A stretch of 17,221 nt of DNA from Acaryochloridaceae cyanobacterium VAR_48_metabat_390 (GTDB lineage Bacteria > Cyanobacteriota > Cyanobacteriia > Thermosynechococcales > Thermosynechococcaceae), in the NCBI GenBank assembly GCA_031422435.1, contig JANPLU010000092.1, forward strand, positions 1 through 17,221, read 5' to 3'. The notes beneath the pieces were generated by a model. It was not told the DNA's origin. It was given only the letters and a program-made list of their open reading frames with translations, and did not search any database. Both the position numbers and the translations under genes were made by a program. Below, piece after piece: positions 8,051 through 16,896 of the stretch (positions within the stretch are counted from its first letter, which is position 1; each line of letters begins with the position of its first letter).

Positions 8051-10750
8051 TTACTTTTGGAGATTAAGTTCTTGATAGGCTTCAGAGGTCTGATTGAATT
8101 CAATGATATTGGGCTGCGCTGGAGTTCCATTAATGCTGAGGGAGTACGCTCCGGCTTGGAGGCGTTCTAGATAATAAACACCTGCACCATTGGTGATAGA
8201 AAAAACCCGTTGTCCAGAGGATTGTGAAAGAGCTTCGACTTTGGCACCCCCAACAGGCTGGCCTTCTCGATTTTTTACAATCCCCGAAACAATGTACGAG
8301 CGACGGAGGGGAATCTTAACGACTGTGTAGCTGCCAGCACTCACCTCAACTGCATAGGCATCTTCTTCGGGCTGCCAATCTAACGGGAAACCCGCAGGGT
8401 CAAGGTCAAGACGATAGGTGCCTGGTAATAAACGGAGGGTAATTTGGCTTGGCTTGAGGTCTGCACTGTAAAACTGAAGTGTCTTGTTATTAATCATGAC
8501 AAGGTTTGGATCTGTATAGGTCTTCTCATTTCCCTCTCGCTGGTGATTATGATTGTTGTCAAAAAAGGGCTGAATTACGATTCCTCCCTGAGTTCGGAAA
8601 TAGTCAGCGCGGCGATCGCCTGGATGAACCCCGCCCTGAAACTCTAAACTAGAGACTAATTCGAGCCGAAAAGTTGCCTCCCGTGCCGTGGTAGACGCTC
8701 CGCTATAGCTTCCTCGAATCAGCACACCCGGAACAATCGACGTTTGGAGGGATGCAAGCACACCCGAACCTTGTGAACCGATGGCATAGCCGAAGGAAAT
8801 GTCCCAACGATAGCCGCCATCCTGGGCTTGTTGGGGCGATCGATATCGCCAACCCACCTGAGCCAAGTTACCGTGAGGCTCCAGATTAACGGATTCATAG
8901 CCCAAAAATAACGAATGCCCCGTCGTGAGATCCTGTGCGGAAGAAAGGGCGTAGCTGAGGCTTGCATTCAAGCCCGTTTCGTTGCCAAATCCGCTGAGTT
9001 CCAATCGATTTAGGCGTTGATAAAGGTTCCAGCGTAGATTTTTGTTTAGGTCTATCGTTGCGCCTACCGCCGTAAAAGAATGGCTTCCGCCAAAGCTCAA
9101 CTGCGCTCCAACTGCCGCTGGGGCGGTAGAGTCAAGATTGCCCATCAGGGCCATATTCTGCGTCACGCGCCAATTAAGGTCAACCCGACTGGAAAATTCA
9201 TCTGTACTCAAAATGGCGGTCAAATTTGACCAGGGCTTTAGCTGTATATTGCCATTGATGGAAAAGGGAAGCCCCTTTTTTCCGGTTAACACCGAAAGGG
9301 CAGCGGTCATGGGAATGCCAGAGGGCTGATAGAAAAGTTCTGCCAACCCTCTGGGCGCTTCGTCGTATACAGCGCCTAAGCCTAGGGTCAAATCGTCTGA
9401 TACACCCCAGCGTCTAGCCAGCCCACCCCGAATATCTGAAAACGTTCCTAGAAAACTAGGAGGGGTAGACCCTGAGAGCTGCCGATTAAGACCTACTGAA
9501 GCGATTAGTGCTGATGCACCAGCAGGCAGTTGACCAGTAATGGGGGTGAAGGTGACTTCGCGGATTTGGGGTGTGGCGGTGAGTCTTCCTAGGGGATAGA
9601 GAAATAGGCGATAGTTGCCATACTGAAATTGGGTGTCAATTTTGATGTGATCAAAGCGATAAATGCCAGAAGAATCGACCAGTTGCTCTGCAATGACGCG
9701 ATCGCCAAACCCCTGTTTTAACTGCACGAGGGTTCCTGGCGCTGCTCGCCCTGAAATGGTTCGACCCAGTTGGGTGGCGGCTAGGCGCTGCCGGAGATCG
9801 GGCGGTCCATCATAGAATTGCTGAGGAGGGCTAAAGTTATAGCGCTGAATTGTTGTAAACCCCACATAGTCGCCGCTGCTATTCCCCAACCAAAAGGGTT
9901 GTTGAGACCCCAAAAGATAGTCTGCTGTATTCGTCTGCCGCAACAACTGGGCATTGGCAAGCGACCAACTGGCTGGGTTAGCTAAATCCTGCTGATTCAT
10001 CTTCACAAACCAGCTCCCGCCAAACAGATGCCCCACCGCCGTTAGGTCGCCCTGATAGCTAGGCACCTCGCGCTGAGAACCGCTGATATTAACCTGTTGC
10101 TGAAGGGTGCTGAGGGTTGCCCTAGAAGGTTTAATCTGGGGTAAGCCTTCTAATTGTAGGGGGAGAGTCGTGAGTTCAAAGGATTGTCCGGGTTGATTCA
10201 CCCAGGGAACCTGTAGCTCAATCGCATAGTTAATCAGGTCAAATTTAGCCTCAACTCCAAAGCGGCTTTTAAGATCCTGAATCGAAAAGACAAGTCCTAA
10301 CTCCGGGTCTGTGAGGAGTGTTTTGAGATCGATCCGAGTGACAACTCCAGGAGAGCGCATCTCCACCTGACCCTCTGGCAAGGTCTTAACATCCAGGTTT
10401 AAAACCTGAATCACCGTGTCGTAGGGCACCAGCCAATGGTCAAAATCAAGTGCTTTCGTTCCATCTTCGCGTCCTCGCACCAAAACACTAGGAATCACAT
10501 TCCGGTTATTAACGTTGATGCCCACCGGAAACGTGCTGGGCTGATTAGAACCGTTGGTTGTCGCAGAATTTGTTGTAGCGCTGGGCGAAGCCGTTGGCAG
10601 AGACGCTGGAGCGCTGGGGAGTGCCCAACAGGAAGGAGTTGCCATCCAGCAGCCCAGCATTGCAAACCCATAGATGGCTCCTTGTCTCAATCCGGTAGCA
10701 TCCGTTCGCCTGACCGTTATGGAGGGCATGGTTTTCGTTAGTCTGGGCAC
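8051..10750 (-). CDS. Fimbrial usher-like outer-membrane protein with C-terminal Ig/carboxypeptidase-regulatory-like domains
   Basis: Signal-like N-terminus; beta-rich body; plug-like TISGRAAPGTLVQL...VDSSGIYRF, QLPAG..SVG and WGVSDDLTLGLG echo PapC/FimD motifs; C-terminal F.D.N.N...EG.E and VSG.V...G.PV.GA.V...TNGAGVYY. Adjacent to a PapD-like gene. Start may be GTG 10750 or the ATG 7 codons later. Confidence 0.7.
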   Translation of the reverse strand: MPRLTKTMPSITVRRTDATGLRQGAIYGFAMLGCWMATPSCWALPSAPASLPTASPSATTNSATTNGSNQPSTFPVGINVNNRNVIPSVLVRGREDGTKALDFDHWLVPYDTVIQVLNLDVKTLPEGQVEMRSPGVVTRIDLKTLLTDPELGLVFSIQDLKSRFGVEAKFDLINYAIELQVPWVNQPGQSFELTTLPLQLEGLPQIKPSRATLSTLQQQVNISGSQREVPSYQGDLTAVGHLFGGSWFVKMNQQDLANPASWSLANAQLLRQTNTADYLLGSQQPFWLGNSSGDYVGFTTIQRYNFSPPQQFYDGPPDLRQRLAATQLGRTISGRAAPGTLVQLKQGFGDRVIAEQLVDSSGIYRFDHIKIDTQFQYGNYRLFLYPLGRLTATPQIREVTFTPITGQLPAGASALIASVGLNRQLSGSTPPSFLGTFSDIRGGLARRWGVSDDLTLGLGAVYDEAPRGLAELFYQPSGIPMTAALSVLTGKKGLPFSINGNIQLKPWSNLTAILSTDEFSSRVDLNWRVTQNMALMGNLDSTAPAAVGAQLSFGGSHSFTAVGATIDLNKNLRWNLYQRLNRLELSGFGNETGLNASLSYALSSAQDLTTGHSLFLGYESVNLEPHGNLAQVGWRYRSPQQAQDGGYRWDISFGYAIGSQGSGVLASLQTSIVPGVLIRGSYSGASTTAREATFRLELVSSLEFQGGVHPGDRRADYFRTQGGIVIQPFFDNNHNHQREGNEKTYTDPNLVMINNKTLQFYSADLKPSQITLRLLPGTYRLDLDPAGFPLDWQPEEDAYAVEVSAGSYTVVKIPLRRSYIVSGIVKNREGQPVGGAKVEALSQSSGQRVFSITNGAGVYYLERLQAGAYSLSINGTPAQPNIIEFNQTSEAYQELNLQK

Positions 10751-10773
10751 CCCTCAGATAAGATGCTCATCTA

Positions 10774-11634
10774 TTAAGGCAACCCACCGACGGGCTGGGT
10801 CGGCACTATAACGCTGAGGGTAAACGGCAACCGATTCTGATTGCTCTCTTCACCCCCCCAAGAGAGTTGTCCGGTGAGTTGATAGGTGCCAGGTGAAAGT
10901 CTTGGCTGGTTTGCAGCCGAATATTCTAGCCCCAAGAGTCGCTGACTGCCAGCAATGATGGTGGTAGCAGGAAGCGTCCCCTGGGTTACAACGGTCTCGC
11001 CCTGCTTTAAAGTCCAGGACATTTGAGGACGGGCAGAAGCTTGACCTGTATTTTTAATAAACAACTGAATTTGATTGTGCTGACCCTTAAAACGAGCATT
11101 CTCAACGACCAAATTTGCTGAGACAGCTCCCTTGCGGACATAAACCGCCGTACCAACACGAGTACCGACCTGAATTTTGACGCCCTCGGTGTTGATAAAA
11201 GGAGTTTCCGTCAAGTTTTCTGTAAAAATAGCCGTTCGATATTCCCCATCCGGGAGGCTGGGTGGAAACCGGACAAACACCCGAACGAGCCGACTGGTCT
11301 TGGGCGGTACCGCTAACTCTCGCGGCGAGAACTGCAAATAGGGTGCAAGATCGTTGGGGCTGGCGGTCAAGGTTTGAAAGCCTTGCTCTGGATGGTAGGT
11401 AAAGGGCTGGGGGTAAACCCGTGCTCGAAACGTCTGATCACTGACATTATCAATGGAGATAACGGCCTGAGCTTGACCCCGTTCCGCCTGGAGTTCGAGC
11501 ACGAGAGGGGTCAGGCCAACCTGGGCTTGAGCTATGTTGCCGCAACATAAAATAGCCGGCAAAACAAAGCTACTGCAATAAATGGCTGCACGAATCATTG
11601 GAAAATAACTTAACACGATCACCCTGCTGGGCAT
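10774..11634 (-). CDS. PapD-like periplasmic pilus assembly chaperone
   Basis: Signal peptide ending AQA; VGLTPL.LEL, LQFSPREL.VPP...R.VRV, LPDGEYR and second Ig-like domain (KNTG.AS). True start may be the ATG near 11598 (MIRAA). Confidence 0.8.
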   Translation of the reverse strand: MPSRVIVLSYFPMIRAAIYCSSFVLPAILCCGNIAQAQVGLTPLVLELQAERGQAQAVISIDNVSDQTFRARVYPQPFTYHPEQGFQTLTASPNDLAPYLQFSPRELAVPPKTSRLVRVFVRFPPSLPDGEYRTAIFTENLTETPFINTEGVKIQVGTRVGTAVYVRKGAVSANLVVENARFKGQHNQIQLFIKNTGQASARPQMSWTLKQGETVVTQGTLPATTIIAGSQRLLGLEYSAANQPRLSPGTYQLTGQLSWGGEESNQNRLPFTLSVIVPTQPVGGLP

Positions 11635-11662
11635 CTCCTATTCTTGAGCTGTAAGAGATGCC
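11630..11662 (-). promoter_or_regulatory. Stem-loop between pilin and chaperone genes
   Basis: mRNA GGCAUCUCUUA-11 nt-UAGGAGAUGCC gives an 11-bp stem with one G-U pair; no U tract. Confidence 0.5.
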
Positions 11663-11682
11663 AAAATATCCCGACGTTTCTA

Positions 11683-12174
11683 TTACAGAGGAGTTGCAGT
11701 GAGTGTGGTCTTGAATCCATAGGCTCCAGCAGGTGCAGCATTAGGACCCGTGACGCTGATTCCAATGCTTAAAAAGCGTGTTTGAGAGGTAAACGACGAG
11801 GTCACGTTAGCAGTACAGCTACCGTTAAGTATCGTGGAAGTGAGACCTGTCACAGAAACTTGACAAACTGTAGCAGTTGATTTGAAGGTGGTCGCCGCTG
11901 TAGTTGTACCAATTGGAGGGGATACCGTTAACGTAAAGTTACTGTTGCAGGTGAGAGCAACACCACCGTTAATTCCATCGGACGTAGACAGCCTTTTGTT
12001 ATCAGAAGTCCGGCCTAAAATCCCGTTAGCAGGGGTACCAAACACACATTGCGGTGCAATAAGAGTGCCAGCACCTACATCAGATGAGACGGGAGCAGCA
12101 TGAACAGAAGGTGCAAATGCCACTACTCCAGCAGCGACTAGAATAGAACTCAAGCAATATAAACGAATTATCAC
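11683..12174 (-). CDS. Secreted pilin-like subunit (Csu/spore-coat-U-like fold likely)
   Basis: GTG start after AGGAGG; signal peptide ending VHA; T/S/G/A-rich mature chain with four Cys; C-terminal AGAYGFKTTLTATP alternating beta-strand as in chaperone-usher pilins. Confidence 0.7.
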   Translation of the reverse strand: MIIRLYCLSSILVAAGVVAFAPSVHAAPVSSDVGAGTLIAPQCVFGTPANGILGRTSDNKRLSTSDGINGGVALTCNSNFTLTVSPPIGTTTAATTFKSTATVCQVSVTGLTSTILNGSCTANVTSSFTSQTRFLSIGISVTGPNAAPAGAYGFKTTLTATPL

Positions 12175-12535
12175 AAAACCTCCTAGAACGATAAGAGAAA
12201 TTTAGCCTAATGGCGATAGAGTTACAATAATTTTGTTCTGAGAGGAAAACACGTTAATGGAGCTTTAATATTTAGGATTGTCGATCAAACAACCGATAGA
12301 ACTATTTAGAAGCGATGTCCTTTTAACTCCCTCATTACTTTGCACTCTCTTCTAACGTAGGAGCGGGTGATAGGTAGTGAGGTTATTTAACCTGATAATC
12401 TCTGGTATTTAAGCTCTCGAAATATCATACCTTGTTGATGCACCTATTGTTTCACCACAGAATTTAACGTCGATTTATTCAGCTTTAGAACACGAAAATT
12501 TGCATCGTGAAAATCTGTGGGAATAGTCTACCTTT

Positions 12536-12565
12536 GAAGCTGAGCGCCTGATTACGCTCAGCTTC
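12536..12565. terminator. Perfect 11-bp hairpin downstream of the glycosyltransferase gene (possible terminator)
   Basis: GAAGCTGAGCG-cctgatta-CGCTCAGCTTC; no clear U tract on either strand. Confidence 0.4.
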
Positions 12566-12706
12566 CAGAGCCACAAGGCATAACAGGCGACGTCTCCGGT
12601 GCGGTGCGATCGCGGGCTGAAGGATGGCGAGTAAATTGAGATGGTTCTGGTGGGCGACAGATGGTATTTTTCAAAACGGGCATCAGATCTCTACAGGCGC
12701 TGGTGC

Positions 12707-13708
12707 CTATTTTTGCTTCAGTAGCTTAGCTTTTGCCTTTTGGAGAAAAGTTTGCGATCGCAGTTGCCAAACCCGCCAACCCGTGAGGGGTGCAATAATG
12801 CCCTGGCAGTTTTCCCGTTCATCAAAAAATGCGTTGAGGTCTTGGAGAATCACCTCTAGACGTTGAACAATATTAGAGCGGCGATACTCTTCTATAAAGT
12901 TGCCATCAATGGGTTTAGCCTCGTCATACACACAGCTTAAAATGCGCTTGAGATCGTAGCTAACGGCGTAGCCTGCAATTTTGTGACAGTTAAAACCTGG
13001 GTCAAGATAGTCTGAAAGCCCGCCATTAATGCTCGAAAAGACCTGACACCCAGAGGCGATCGCCTCCAGGGGCTGTAGCCCAAACCCTTCACTCACGCCC
13101 TGAAGCGCCCAATACTCTGCTGAGTCGTAGAGATAGACCTTGGCGCGGTTAAACAGCGCCGCAAAGTCGTCAATAAAACCGCGAATCACAAATACATTGC
13201 ACTGCTGCTCTAAAGCCGGAATGAGTTCTTGTAGTAAATACTGTGATGACTTACGTGCATGAACCAACACATCAATATCGCGGGGCTGATGGTGATTGGT
13301 AAACGAGGTCGAAATTTCATTGGGCAGATAGTACAGCAGCGCGTGGGGTGAATGCTGCCCCCAATAGCCTAGGGTATTGCGGCTGACCGTAATAATGGGC
13401 ACCTGAGCTGGCAAGCTAAACCCGTAGCCAGAGCTATGAGCGTGGTAAACCGTATGAAACGCCTTAAGCCGAGGCGCAAGCTTAGCCACATCAAACCCCC
13501 AGCTCATGATAAAAATCGCGTCTTGGAGCGTTTGAGGCGCTTTAAGGAGGTCGTCTAGAAAGAGCGTGTCTGGCTCTCGTTGACGATAGGTTACAACCTG
13601 AGCAGTGCAAACTTCTTGTGCTAACGCCAGGGTTTTTAGCTCTGCCCAGAGTCCCCCACAGGCAAATCTTGGGCTGGTGCCTGGTAACAGAAAATAAAGC
13701 TGCCGCAT
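12707..13708 (-). CDS. Glycosyltransferase, GT-B fold (GT4-like)
   Basis: N-terminal GG motif, TVSRN, and EGFGLQPLEAIASGC (E-x7-E) followed by SS.NGGL.D. Confidence 0.85.
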   Translation of the reverse strand: MRQLYFLLPGTSPRFACGGLWAELKTLALAQEVCTAQVVTYRQREPDTLFLDDLLKAPQTLQDAIFIMSWGFDVAKLAPRLKAFHTVYHAHSSGYGFSLPAQVPIITVSRNTLGYWGQHSPHALLYYLPNEISTSFTNHHQPRDIDVLVHARKSSQYLLQELIPALEQQCNVFVIRGFIDDFAALFNRAKVYLYDSAEYWALQGVSEGFGLQPLEAIASGCQVFSSINGGLSDYLDPGFNCHKIAGYAVSYDLKRILSCVYDEAKPIDGNFIEEYRRSNIVQRLEVILQDLNAFFDERENCQGIIAPLTGWRVWQLRSQTFLQKAKAKLLKQK

Positions 13709-13841
13709 GGAAACATGAGATGGAGGGGCACTTCTTACCCTACTCGAAATGGGTGTGTACTGCGAGGCGTTTGTGCGGTGTCCCGCTTCGTGTGAGGATG
13801 GTTAAAGTTAAGGTTTCTAGTTACCAGCAGAACGGAGCATC

Positions 13842-14189
13842 ATGGCAGAGATTCAATTTGTCCGAGGCGAAAATGAAACCGTTATTCCTGATGTGCGGCT
13901 AACGCGAGCCAAGGACGGCACCAACGGTCGAGCCTATTTTTACTTTGAAAACCCTAAAATCCTAGAAGGAAATTTGGAAATTTTGGGGATGTATATGGTG
14001 GATGAGGAAGGAGAACTCATCAGCCGTGATGTCAACGCCAAATTTATTAACGGTCAGGCACGGGCGATCGAAGTGGGCTACACCCTAAAAAGCGCAGATG
14101 AATGGGATCGCTTTATCCGGTTTATGGATCGGTATGCTCAGAGCCACGGATTGGTTCAAAATAAGTCTGAGGAAGAGTCTGAATCGTAG
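13842..14189 (+). CDS. psb28: Photosystem II assembly factor Psb28
   Basis: MAEIQF.RG..E.V.PDVRLTR..DG..G.A.F.F..P...GMY..DEEGE...R.VNAKF.NG...EWDRF.RFM.RYA..HGL. Confidence 0.97.
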   Translation: MAEIQFVRGENETVIPDVRLTRAKDGTNGRAYFYFENPKILEGNLEILGMYMVDEEGELISRDVNAKFINGQARAIEVGYTLKSADEWDRFIRFMDRYAQSHGLVQNKSEEESES

Positions 14190-14225
14190 TCACACGGGCA
14201 TTTTTTTGCTAGGCTGAGGCTTACA

Positions 14226-14792
14226 ATGACTCATCGCCCCCATGCCGATCTGCATCCTGTCTCAGTCGCTTGCGCTGTCATCACGGTGAGCGATTCTCGT
14301 TGGCAAAGCCTTAGCCGTTCAGAAGTGCCTGATGCAGACAAAAGCGGGGACGTGATCCAGGCAGGGCTTCTGTCTGCTGGGCATGGGGTAAAGCACTATT
14401 ACATTTTGCCCGATGAGCCAGAGGCGGTGCGCGCGGCAATTCAGCAGTTGGAAAAAGACGGCGCGGTACAGGCCATCATCCTCAATGGAGGGACTGGCAT
14501 CGCGCCTCGAGACACCACCTACGATGCCGTAGTCGGGCTGCTCCAGAAGGAGCTATACGGCTTTGGAGAAATTTTTCGGGCGCTGAGCTACCAAGCGATT
14601 GGGTCACGGGCGATCGCCTCTCGGGCAACGGCAGGCATTTATGGTCAGGTTGTGATCTTTTCGCTACCAGGCTCAACGGCGGCGGTTGCGTTGGGCATGG
14701 AGAAATTGATCTTGCTAGAGCTGGTGCATCTAACGCGTTTGCTCAGAACCGTGCCTAACATTAAACCTAACAAAACAGAGGGACAGGTTTAG
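14226..14792 (+). CDS. moaB: Molybdenum cofactor biosynthesis protein (MoaB/MogA family)
   Basis: VITVSD, DKSG, PDE, GGTG.APRD.T, GFGE.FR.LSY, SRA.AG and LPGS motifs. Confidence 0.9.
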   Translation: MTHRPHADLHPVSVACAVITVSDSRWQSLSRSEVPDADKSGDVIQAGLLSAGHGVKHYYILPDEPEAVRAAIQQLEKDGAVQAIILNGGTGIAPRDTTYDAVVGLLQKELYGFGEIFRALSYQAIGSRAIASRATAGIYGQVVIFSLPGSTAAVALGMEKLILLELVHLTRLLRTVPNIKPNKTEGQV

Positions 14793-14805
14793 CTGAACCT
14801 GTCCC
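14780..14805 (-). terminator. Intrinsic terminator for ctpB, overlapping the moaB stop
   Basis: GGGACAGGTT-tagctg-AACCTGTCCC 10-bp stem; followed on the minus strand by TCTGTTTTG. Confidence 0.65.
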
Positions 14806-14824
14806 CCTAAAGTGATGAGATGGG

Positions 14825-16171
14825 TTACTTGATGGCCTGGGTCGGCGGCGTCTCTACTCCGTTGAGGGTGACAGAAGGGCGATCGCCAGGCCGATAAGCG
14901 CGTATAAGCCGAGTGGCACTGCGAACCGCCTGAACATACTGTGGGTCTGCCTTGGTTGCCATCAGATCGGGTTTGGCGTTAAGTTGGGCAACCTGCTCAG
15001 CAGACAAGTCTGTCTGAATATCTGGAATGATGCCCTTATGGCTAATATCAGTCCCGTTGGGGGTGTAGTAGTGGGCGATTGTAACTGCCATACCAGATCC
15101 ATCAGAAAGCTGGTGGACAGACTGCACTAGCGCCTTACCAAAGGTTTTGCTACCCACAACCGTGGCGCGTCCATTATCTTTGAGTGCGCCCGTCAAAATT
15201 TCGCTAGAGCTGGCGGAATTGCCATCCACTAAAACCACCAAGGGCAGTGGAGAGAGTGCCGTTTGGTTTGCCAGGATGGACTCATCTTGACCAACGCGAT
15301 CTACGGTTCGTACAATCATGCCTTGGTTGAGCCACATCCGCGCAATGTCAATGCTGGCGTTGAGTAATCCCCCTGGGTTGCCACGCAGGTCAAGGATATA
15401 GGCATTCACCTGCTGCTTGCTCAGATCTTTGATGGCCTTTTGGATTTGGCTAGCGGCGTGGGAGCTAAATTCACCCAATCGAATGTAGCCGATGGTGTTT
15501 TCACCCTCTTTTTTAACAGCCGAGGTCACGGTTGACAGCTCAATAAGCTGACGATTAATGGCAACATTAAAGTTTTGGGTGCCCTCACGGTTGACAAGTA
15601 GCCTTACCGTAGTGCCCACTTTGCCGCGAATGAGTGCAGAAGCAGCCTCTACGTCCATTGTGCGGGTGGTCTTACCGTCAATCGCCAAGATTTGATCGCC
15701 GGATTTAATGCCTGCTTTGAACGCGGGGGAGCCTGCCATTGGCTCTACGACGGTCAAAATTTTAGTGACCTTATTTTTTTCGAGCCGAATCCCTACGCCA
15801 GAGAGTTCTCCAGAGGTTTGGGTGGTGAGTGCTGTAAACTGCTCAGGATCCATAAAGCGGGTGTACGGATCTTGCAGTTTTTTGAGGGCATTACGCAGGG
15901 CGGCGTAGGCGTGGTCTTTTGAGCTATAGGAAGGCTTGAGGAGATCGCTGCGAATGGCCTGCCAGTCGTTTTTATTAAAGGTGTTGTCAACGTAGTACTG
16001 GTTTACGAGCTGCCATGCCTCGTCCAACACAACCTTGGGGCTGTCGGTGAGGGTAACGCCATCGGTGCGGCTATCGGCAGATCGAACAGGAAGAAACGCA
16101 GTAGCGCTAGCAAGAACTCCGCCAAAGACAAACGCGCGGAGTATTGAAGCGGAAAAAGAACCTTTTTTCAT
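14825..16171 (-). CDS. ctpB: Carboxyl-terminal processing protease (S41A), CtpB-like
   Basis: Signal sequence, DPYTRF, PDZ (GVGIRL), DLRGNPGG, SASSSEIL, TFGK; DEAWQ.VN and F.ALT.QTSGELSG favour the CtpB paralogue over CtpA/CtpC. Confidence 0.85.
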   Translation of the reverse strand: MKKGSFSASILRAFVFGGVLASATAFLPVRSADSRTDGVTLTDSPKVVLDEAWQLVNQYYVDNTFNKNDWQAIRSDLLKPSYSSKDHAYAALRNALKKLQDPYTRFMDPEQFTALTTQTSGELSGVGIRLEKNKVTKILTVVEPMAGSPAFKAGIKSGDQILAIDGKTTRTMDVEAASALIRGKVGTTVRLLVNREGTQNFNVAINRQLIELSTVTSAVKKEGENTIGYIRLGEFSSHAASQIQKAIKDLSKQQVNAYILDLRGNPGGLLNASIDIARMWLNQGMIVRTVDRVGQDESILANQTALSPLPLVVLVDGNSASSSEILTGALKDNGRATVVGSKTFGKALVQSVHQLSDGSGMAVTIAHYYTPNGTDISHKGIIPDIQTDLSAEQVAQLNAKPDLMATKADPQYVQAVRSATRLIRAYRPGDRPSVTLNGVETPPTQAIK

Positions 16172-16606
16172 AGGTAGGGTGCCATCGCAGGTGAAGAATG
16201 AGGAGCGATCTTCGTTGAAAAACGAATGCGAAGCATGGATTGAGCCTGAATACGCCCTAGATCCTGATCTTGTATCAAGATGAGTTCGATTCAGCTTTGT
16301 CTATTTCTAAGATAAACCAAAGTATTTTAAGCGTGCCGCTAAAGATGTGACAGTTTATGCGTTTGGGTTGTGTCCGATGCCCACAACCCTCTCAATTTAT
16401 GGCAATTCGGCGGTTTAAATCGAGAAGATAAAACTTATGCTTTCCTCTATGCTGCGATCTTTTAGGGCAGTGGAGAGGGTACAACGCAACAGACTTTTTG
16501 AATGCGTGATGGCAACTAACCCTATGCACTCAGCCGAAATGTCAGGATCTCCAAACATTTCAAGAGCATGGGCAAATCCCCAACTAGAGCCTTTCTAAGA
16601 TCAGCA

Positions 16607-16620
16607 GTATCACTGATTAC
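16607..16620. promoter_or_regulatory. NtcA-like site GTA-N8-TAC
   Basis: GTATCACTGATTAC(A) in the divergent intergenic region; no -10 box at the canonical spacing, so could be chance. Confidence 0.25.
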
Positions 16621-16896
16621 AAATTGAAATGGCGTTGAATACATTAGGTGACGTACAGCCAATCCAGAGCTTTCTACCAAAAAAATTGTTAGATGTCTGA
16701 TTTATGGGCCTACTTGTCCACACTACGTTCAGTTACGCCATTCCCAGCAAAGAATCTCCGGAGTTTTAAGGGTTAAGGTTCCAATCGCCAAATTGATCCC
16801 TTTCCCTGCTCCTAAATCAATCTCGTGGCCTAGATTCTGCCGCTGACCCAAACCTATCGCACCCAATTCATCGCTCACAAGGGGAACTTTTAATTC

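Noticed and set aside
5821..10741. Short ORFs nested in tex, tadA and the usher-like gene
   Set aside because: Alternative-frame or antisense overlaps of well-supported genes with no motifs.
11882..16283. Short ORFs overlapping the pilin, glycosyltransferase, psb28, moaB and ctpB genes
   Set aside because: Shadow ORFs without independent evidence.
16560..16790. Possible riboswitch upstream of the surface-protein gene
   Set aside because: Isolated GGCAAA/GCAAAG words only; no consensus structure could be built by eye.
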